DNA from: a virus
Taxonomy: Duplodnaviria; Caudoviricetes
Strand: one strand, 5' to 3'
Virus record (IMG/VR): IMGVR_UViG_3300030433_001316
Coordinates: 1-38,850 of that record
Length of the DNA: 38,850 nucleotides
Positions 33,616-38,850 of this stretch are shown in pieces (position 1 is the first letter of the stretch; every line of letters begins with the position of its first letter). The translations under genes and the position numbers were made by a program. Under the pieces are notes generated by a model. The model saw only the letters and a program-made list of their open reading frames with translations. It did not search any database and was not told the origin of the DNA.

Positions 33616-33727
33616 AGTCGGGGAGCCTGATGCCTGCTCTTCCCCCGAACAGGCTGAAAGCTATACAAGACCTTGGGTGCAGCAGGGAAAGGCAGGGCGC
33701 CTGTGTGTGGCGATCTATCCCCCGACT
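33616..33727 (+). ncRNA. Candidate multi-stem structured RNA
   Basis: 8-bp closing stem AGTCGGGG/CCCCGACT bracketing the intergenic region, plus internal stems. Confidence 0.45.
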
Positions 33728-33733
33728 TCAAAC

Positions 33734-33910
33734 ATGGACCATCACCTCAAATCACAGCAACATCTGAACAACCTTCGAGCTTTCTTGGAATATGAGCAGC
33801 GCCTCAGAGATGCCTATGCCAAATGCCAAGATCCGCAACCTCGACGATGGTTGTGTTCAGATAACGATTGGCAATATCACAGGAACCGTAAGTTCTCATC
33901 ATTTGGTTGA
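33734..33910 (+). CDS. Hypothetical protein
   Basis: ATG 33734, directly after the structured element. Confidence 0.45.
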   Translation: MDHHLKSQQHLNNLRAFLEYEQRLRDAYAKCQDPQPRRWLCSDNDWQYHRNRKFSSFG

Positions 33911-33968
33911 GCCGAAGCTTCGACAACTACGGCTACTCTGGAAAGCGAATCCAGATAACTGGCAGTGA
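33816..33968 (+). CDS. Small protein (50 aa, MPNAKIRNLDDGCVQITIG...VSSHHLVEPK)
   Basis: Read manually; GTGA overlap with the ParB start. Confidence 0.6.
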   Translation: MPNAKIRNLDDGCVQITIGNITGTVSSHHLVEPKLRQLRLLWKANPDNWQ

Positions 33969-34558
33969 CTGTCGCATCAGACAAAATCGTCCAACGTGAA
34001 ACTGAAGTCCTTAAGCCATACGAAAACAATCCACGTCAACATTCGGAAGCGCAGCTTGATCGTTTGGTTCGGTCAATCAAGGAGTTCGGTTTTACCAACC
34101 CAATCCTCATTGATGACGACTGCAATGTGATTGCAGGTCATGGCCGCTTGATGGCGGCTGAACTGATGGGCATGGCCCAAGTCCCCACCATCACGCTTGG
34201 CCACCTCACCGCTGAACAGCGCCGCGCCTACGTCATCGCTGATAACCAGCTGGCACTTAACAGCACTTGGGATGACGACGTGCTGCAGGCGGAACTGAAA
34301 GCATTGGGTGATGCTGGTTTTGACCTGACCCTTCTTGGCTGGGGTGATGACCTACCCACTTTTGGGGAGGACATCGACCTGTCGGCCCTGGACGACTTGG
34401 AAGATGATCCAACAGCAGAACTTGCTGATGGGGTCATGAAGGCCATTCAGATTGAGTTCCGCCCTGAAGACTATGAAGAGGCCAAGGCCTTGGTGGATGC
34501 AGCCCGCAAACGTGGCGATTACGTGGGCATGAAGCTGATTGAGGCTTTGGCTGTTTGA
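33965..34558 (+). CDS. ParB N-terminal (ParBc)-domain protein
   Basis: PYENNPRQH, SIKEFGFTNPILID, IAGHGRLMAA, YVIADNQL. Confidence 0.9.
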   Translation: MTVASDKIVQRETEVLKPYENNPRQHSEAQLDRLVRSIKEFGFTNPILIDDDCNVIAGHGRLMAAELMGMAQVPTITLGHLTAEQRRAYVIADNQLALNSTWDDDVLQAELKALGDAGFDLTLLGWGDDLPTFGEDIDLSALDDLEDDPTAELADGVMKAIQIEFRPEDYEEAKALVDAARKRGDYVGMKLIEALAV

Positions 34559-35298
34559 TGCACGTTGCAATCCCCACCAAAGGCAGGCCGTCCACAACCA
34601 CTTACAAGCTTCTTGGTGACATTCCTTTCACCCACTTTGTAGAGCCTCAGGACATGGCTGCTTACAAGGCGGCTGGTGTGCCCAATCTCCAAGTCATCCC
34701 TGACAACGACAAGGGCATCACCTTTGTTCGGAACTACATCCTCGATTGGGGCCATGTTCAAGGCCACAAGTGGTTGTGGATCATGGATGATGACGTCAGT
34801 GGGTTTGGCGTTGCCAAGGCGGGCAAAACCATCAAGGGCGATCACAACGTCCTCAAGCAGTTTCATAAAGCTGTTGAGCAGTTCAAGTTCCCCGTTAACG
34901 GCCTGAACTACTGCCAATACGCCTGGTCCTACAGCACCAAGAAGCAACGGTTCGCCATCAATAAGCGACCGCCTGAAGTTTGCGCCCTGCTTTACCTTCC
35001 CAAAATTCACTGGCGTTACCGCCCTGATCGCAAGGAAGACCGTGACTTCACCATGCTTGCCATCAAGCACTCAGATGGCGTCATCGTTGATTTGCATGCG
35101 TGGTTCAACTGTCCAGGCGTTGGCACCAATGCAGGCGGCTTGCAGCACCTTTATCAGCAAAAGCGTGACGCCGTATGGGCCCAACGCTTGGTCAGTGACT
35201 GGGCTCCCTTTGCCAAGCTCATCAAAAAAAAGGACCGGGTAGACGCAAAGCTCGACATCTCTGGTTACGCCAAACACATGAAGCGCATTGTTCGATGA
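34558..35298 (+). CDS. GT-A fold glycosyltransferase, TET-associated (TAGT/GREB1-like)
   Basis: VAIPTKGR, GITFVRNYILD, WIMDDDV (DxD), KEDRDF, GTNAGG. Confidence 0.8.
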   Translation: MHVAIPTKGRPSTTTYKLLGDIPFTHFVEPQDMAAYKAAGVPNLQVIPDNDKGITFVRNYILDWGHVQGHKWLWIMDDDVSGFGVAKAGKTIKGDHNVLKQFHKAVEQFKFPVNGLNYCQYAWSYSTKKQRFAINKRPPEVCALLYLPKIHWRYRPDRKEDRDFTMLAIKHSDGVIVDLHAWFNCPGVGTNAGGLQHLYQQKRDAVWAQRLVSDWAPFAKLIKKKDRVDAKLDISGYAKHMKRIVR

Positions 35299-36104
35299 AG
35301 CCGTCACCTCTTCCAGTTCTCACCCTGCACAGGAAGACGCCCAAGCTCAAGATTGGGGACACCTGCCCAACGCTGCAGCCCAACGTCACAGAGTCCTGCA
35401 TCCTTGCTGATCCTGACGGCACTCAGGTTGGCCTGTTCCTCAAGCAACTGCCTGATGACTTGAGGAATCTGGTCAACATTGCTGACCACGAAGTCAACTC
35501 AACCAGGGTGCCCAAAACGATGATGGACCGTAAGCGTCCATTGCCACCCGGGCCTGACGGAAAGAAGCGTTACTTAGTCATCTCGCAGTATTCAGCCATT
35601 CTTGGCAGCGTGCCGCCCAAGCCTCATATGCGACGGGCTTACGGCACACGGTCCTCTGTCCACAGCAGCAAGACAGCTGGCACCTTTGTCAAAGCCATGC
35701 ACAAGGCGGGCATCGTGGCCTATCAGCTGATTCAAGAGCTGGCGCCTGAAGTCACCCAGCTGCACAGCAGCAAAGTTCAGTCCCGTGTCCCTGAGAAGTG
35801 GCGTTTCGCAAAGCACTTCAGCAGCACCATCAGCAACTGCAACATCGCAGCGCCAATCCATCAAGACCACGCCAACGTCAAAGGCGCCATCAACATCATC
35901 ATCACCAAACGCCGCAACAGCACTGGCGGAAACTTGCATGTACCTGACTACGACGCCACCTTTGACCAAACAGATGGCTCGATGCTTGTCTATCCGGCAT
36001 GGCGGAACTGCCATGGCGTCACGCCAATAGTTCCCACGCATCAAGGCGGCTATCGCAACTCACACGTCTGGTACGCCCTGGATTCGTTTGCATCATTAGG
36101 CTGA
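35295..36104 (+). CDS. TET/JBP-family 2-oxoglutarate/Fe(II) dioxygenase
   Basis: FSSTISNCNIAAPIHQDHAN (HxD), GGNLHVPDY, HGVTPI (distal His), RNSHVWY (2OG-binding Arg). Confidence 0.85.
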   Translation: MKPSPLPVLTLHRKTPKLKIGDTCPTLQPNVTESCILADPDGTQVGLFLKQLPDDLRNLVNIADHEVNSTRVPKTMMDRKRPLPPGPDGKKRYLVISQYSAILGSVPPKPHMRRAYGTRSSVHSSKTAGTFVKAMHKAGIVAYQLIQELAPEVTQLHSSKVQSRVPEKWRFAKHFSSTISNCNIAAPIHQDHANVKGAINIIITKRRNSTGGNLHVPDYDATFDQTDGSMLVYPAWRNCHGVTPIVPTHQGGYRNSHVWYALDSFASLG

Positions 36105-36108
36105 AACC

Positions 36109-36435
36109 ATGGACAAGAATCCTCGCTGCACGAAAGCGGAAAAAGAGTTCCGGACAGCAAGATTTGCCCGGATGATGGCCAATGGGGCAACACGTTCAGA
36201 TCTTTTGCAATACGCCGCAAATGAGTGGGGGCTGAAGCAACGGCAAAGCGATGAATACATTGCCCTCGCCACAAAGCGCCTAGAAGAAGATTTCAACTTG
36301 GATCGCCAAGCCTTTGCCGCAATACTTTTGTCCCAGTTAAGCGTCGTCCATAAGAAGGGCATGGAGCAGTCCAACCTTCAAGCCGTGTTGGGCTGCATCA
36401 ACACCGCTGCCAAGATCGCCAAGCTGTACGACTGA
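36109..36435 (+). CDS. terS: Terminase small subunit (probable)
   Basis: HTH-like 108 aa, coupled (TGATG) to the large subunit. Confidence 0.7.
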   Translation: MDKNPRCTKAEKEFRTARFARMMANGATRSDLLQYAANEWGLKQRQSDEYIALATKRLEEDFNLDRQAFAAILLSQLSVVHKKGMEQSNLQAVLGCINTAAKIAKLYD

Positions 36436-37784
36436 TGGGTGTCCTGTCTGCAATCCCGCCAGGCAATGTCCTCCAAAAGCTTGGTGAGGGCAACACCCAA
36501 GTCGACGTGGAGCTGCTTTCCAAGCGCATCAGGGGCGACCTGCACCCTGGACAGCTTGCATTTGTGGATGACCAGACCACTCAGATCATCGGCTTGTCAG
36601 CGGGCTATGGGGCGGGCAAGACCCGGGCCCTAGCCGCCAAGAGCGTCACCCTTGCTCTTGCTAATCAAGGCTTCATTGGTTGCGTCATGGAGCCGACTGG
36701 CCCCCTTGTGCGGGACATCTGGCAAAACGACTTTGAGTCTTTCTTGGAGGCGTACGAGGTTCCATACACGTTCAGGGCATCGCCATTGCCTGAATACGTT
36801 TTGCACCTGCCAGGCGGTGATACAAAGATCTTGTGCCGCAGCTTTGAGAACTGGTCGCGGATCATTGGCTTGAACCTTGCTTGGGTGTTGGCTGATGAGA
36901 TTGATACGGTCACGCCTGCCATTGCCGCAAAAGCATTCCCCAAGATCCTTGGCCGCTTGAGGGCTGGCAACGTGCGGCAGTTTGGCGCTGCATCGACGCC
37001 AGAAGGCTTTCGCTGGATGTGGTCAACGTTTGGCTCAGAAGAGGCGCAGCAACGCGATGACAGGAAACTGATTAGGATGCGTTCGGCAGACAATCCATAT
37101 CTGCCCCAAGACTTCATCGAAAGGCTGCAGGCCAACTACGACCCATCTCTTCTCCAGGCGTATCTGGAAGGTCAGTTCTGCAATCTCACGACTGGTCAGG
37201 TTTATGACCGGTTTGACCGCAACAAACACGTCACAAAAGAAATACCAGACGTCAGCAGGGAGCCCCTCAGGGTTGGCCTTGACTTCAACGTCGGGAACAT
37301 GTCAGCGGTCATTGGTGTTCGTCTTGGAGAAAACCTTCTCCTGATTGATGAAATCAGCGGCGCAAATGACACCGACGCCATGGCCCAAGAAATACAACTC
37401 CGCGCTGATGGACGCCAGGTTTACATCTACCCTGACGCATCAGGCGGCAACAGAAGCACGAATGCCTCACGGACTGACATCCAGATATTGGAGTCTTATG
37501 GGTTCAGTAATCAATCACCGAAGGCAAACCCTCCCGTCCGTGATCGGGTGGCTTCTGTTCAAGCTTTGTTGGAGAACGGGAAAGGTCAAGTGAGGCTTCA
37601 GATCGCTGCCAACTGCAAGCGGACCATTGAATGTTTAGAGCTGCAGAGTTACACCGAGTCTGGGGCGCCAGACAAAGATGCTGGATACGATCATATGAAT
37701 GATGCCCTTGGCTATTTGGTGTACAGGGACTTCAGCATGCTTCACGCACGCGCTGGTCGTGGTACTGGAATCAGGCTTTACTAA
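36435..37784 (+). CDS. terL: Terminase large subunit
   Basis: Walker A GYGAGKT, Walker B LADEID, STPEG, GLDFN, YPDASG, DHMNDALGY. Confidence 0.95.
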   Translation: MGVLSAIPPGNVLQKLGEGNTQVDVELLSKRIRGDLHPGQLAFVDDQTTQIIGLSAGYGAGKTRALAAKSVTLALANQGFIGCVMEPTGPLVRDIWQNDFESFLEAYEVPYTFRASPLPEYVLHLPGGDTKILCRSFENWSRIIGLNLAWVLADEIDTVTPAIAAKAFPKILGRLRAGNVRQFGAASTPEGFRWMWSTFGSEEAQQRDDRKLIRMRSADNPYLPQDFIERLQANYDPSLLQAYLEGQFCNLTTGQVYDRFDRNKHVTKEIPDVSREPLRVGLDFNVGNMSAVIGVRLGENLLLIDEISGANDTDAMAQEIQLRADGRQVYIYPDASGGNRSTNASRTDIQILESYGFSNQSPKANPPVRDRVASVQALLENGKGQVRLQIAANCKRTIECLELQSYTESGAPDKDAGYDHMNDALGYLVYRDFSMLHARAGRGTGIRLY

Positions 37785-37811
37785 ACTGCAGGTATTGGGC
37801 GGGATTTAGCT

Positions 37812-38850
37812 GTGTACTCAGGCTTTTCGGGTCGCCAACGTGTTGGCAATGTCACGACGGTGGAAAGCCCGAACACGGCCTACATCAACATGGAGCCGCA
37901 TTGGCTGCTGATTGAAGCACTTTTGCAGGGCACCTATGGGATCCGCAAAAAACACAGGGCATATCTTCCGCAAGAGCCAAGAGAGCTGGATGAGTCATAT
38001 GACAACAGGCTCATGCGTTCAACACTGGCGCCGTACTACGTCAGGCTTGAGCGGATGCTGGCGGGCATGTTGACCCGCAAGCCTGTCCGGCTGGAAGACG
38101 TTAGTGACGTTGTCACTGAGCAGCTTTTTGATGTTGACCTGCAGGGCAATGACCTGAACGTTTGGACATACGAAACCGCGCGGAAGTGCATCCGGTATGG
38201 ACACGTTGGCGTTCTTGTTGATGCTCCTAAGGCTGGAGAAAATGGTCGGCCTTACTGGACGCAGTACACGCCACGAGACATCTTGGGCTGGCGCAGTGAG
38301 ATCAAGGACGGCAAGCAACAGCTGACCCAGTTGCGCCTGATGGAAGAAATTACCGTCCCTGATGGTCTGTACGGCGAAAAGCAGGTGCAGCAGGTGCGCG
38401 TGTTGACCCCTGGCGCTTTTGCGATTCATCAAAAAGACAAGAAAGGCGATTTTGTCCTTGTCGATGAAGGCAGTACCAGCCTCAGTGAGATTCCGTTTGC
38501 TGTTGCTTATGCCAACCGCGTCGGTGTTCTTGAGTCGCGGCCACCACTGGCAGACATTGCTGAGCTGAATCTCAAGGCGTATCAAGTGCAATCTGACCTT
38601 GACAACCAGCTGCATATCAGCGCTGTTCCAATGCTGGCAATCTTTGGGTTCCCGCAGTCAGCAGAAGAGATCAGTGCTGGACCAGGCGAAGCAATGGCGC
38701 TGCCTGAGGGTGCATCAGCGCAATACATTGAGCCATCAGGCAACAGCTACAGCGCACAGTTCCAGCGGCTTGAACAGATTGCCAGCCAAATCAACGAGCT
38801 GGGTCTTGCTGCTGTGTTGGGACAAAAATTATCGGCAGAAACGGCAGAAG
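37812..38850 (+). CDS. Portal protein, N-terminal part (runs off window end; missing from ORF track)
   Basis: GTG 37812, open to the end: YLPQEPRE..ESYDNRL, DVDLQGNDL, GVLVDAP, PPLADIAELN, QSDLDNQLH. Confidence 0.92.
   Translation, partial: MYSGFSGRQRVGNVTTVESPNTAYINMEPHWLLIEALLQGTYGIRKKHRAYLPQEPRELDESYDNRLMRSTLAPYYVRLERMLAGMLTRKPVRLEDVSDVVTEQLFDVDLQGNDLNVWTYETARKCIRYGHVGVLVDAPKAGENGRPYWTQYTPRDILGWRSEIKDGKQQLTQLRLMEEITVPDGLYGEKQVQQVRVLTPGAFAIHQKDKKGDFVLVDEGSTSLSEIPFAVAYANRVGVLESRPPLADIAELNLKAYQVQSDLDNQLHISAVPMLAIFGFPQSAEEISAGPGEAMALPEGASAQYIEPSGNSYSAQFQRLEQIASQINELGLAAVLGQKLSAETAE

Noticed and set aside
33623-33670. Group II intron domain V (GAGCCTGATG)
   Set aside because: The matching 3' arm is absent and there is no RT gene or intron body
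33626-33718. Canonical hammerhead ribozyme
   Set aside because: CUGAUG is not followed by A9 and stem I does not abut the core; kept only as an unclassified structured RNA
33965-34558. ParABS plasmid-prophage partition system
   Set aside because: No ParA and no obvious parS-binding HTH; context is the terminase-adjacent modification type
34519-36044. Minus-strand ORFs of 183, 78, 61 and 150 aa
   Set aside because: Antisense shadows of the glycosyltransferase and dioxygenase genes
38019-38615. 198-aa minus-strand ORF
   Set aside because: Antisense shadow of the portal gene, which the ORF track missed because it has no stop in the window

Overview
This is an essentially complete, circularly permuted genome of a tailed dsDNA phage with a siphovirus-like (non-contractile) tail. 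The host is probably a marine picocyanobacterium (Synechococcus/Prochlorococcus), inferred from cyanophage-type small genes and a small beta-barrel outer-membrane protein. The portal gene is split across the window ends (37812-38850 and 1-346). Gene order: head (minor head, cluster of tiny basic proteins, scaffold, capsid, decoration); neck and tail (tail chaperone with -1 frameshift, tape measure, hub, fibres); an envelope/secreted-protein module built from interleaved sense and antisense genes; lysis genes (C39-like peptidase) and dCTP deaminase; a minus-strand recombination/early operon (SSB, ERF, RusA, PD-(D/E)XK nuclease); a RecA-family ATPase/helicase gene with internal iteron-like repeats; a C5-methyltransferase-like gene; a ParB-glycosyltransferase-TET/JBP dioxygenase cassette; and the terminase genes. 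I saw no integrase, DNA polymerase, tRNA or CRISPR array. Most notable: (i) a candidate DNA hypermodification pathway next to terminase; (ii) a module of signal-peptide proteins that may build a structure in the host envelope; (iii) three candidate structured small RNAs carrying CACAC/GUGUG motifs related to the cyanobacterial Yfr1 motif; (iv) four sigma70-type promoters that share an embedded TGGCATGCCA palindrome. All family calls come from motif recognition by eye; no database search was run.
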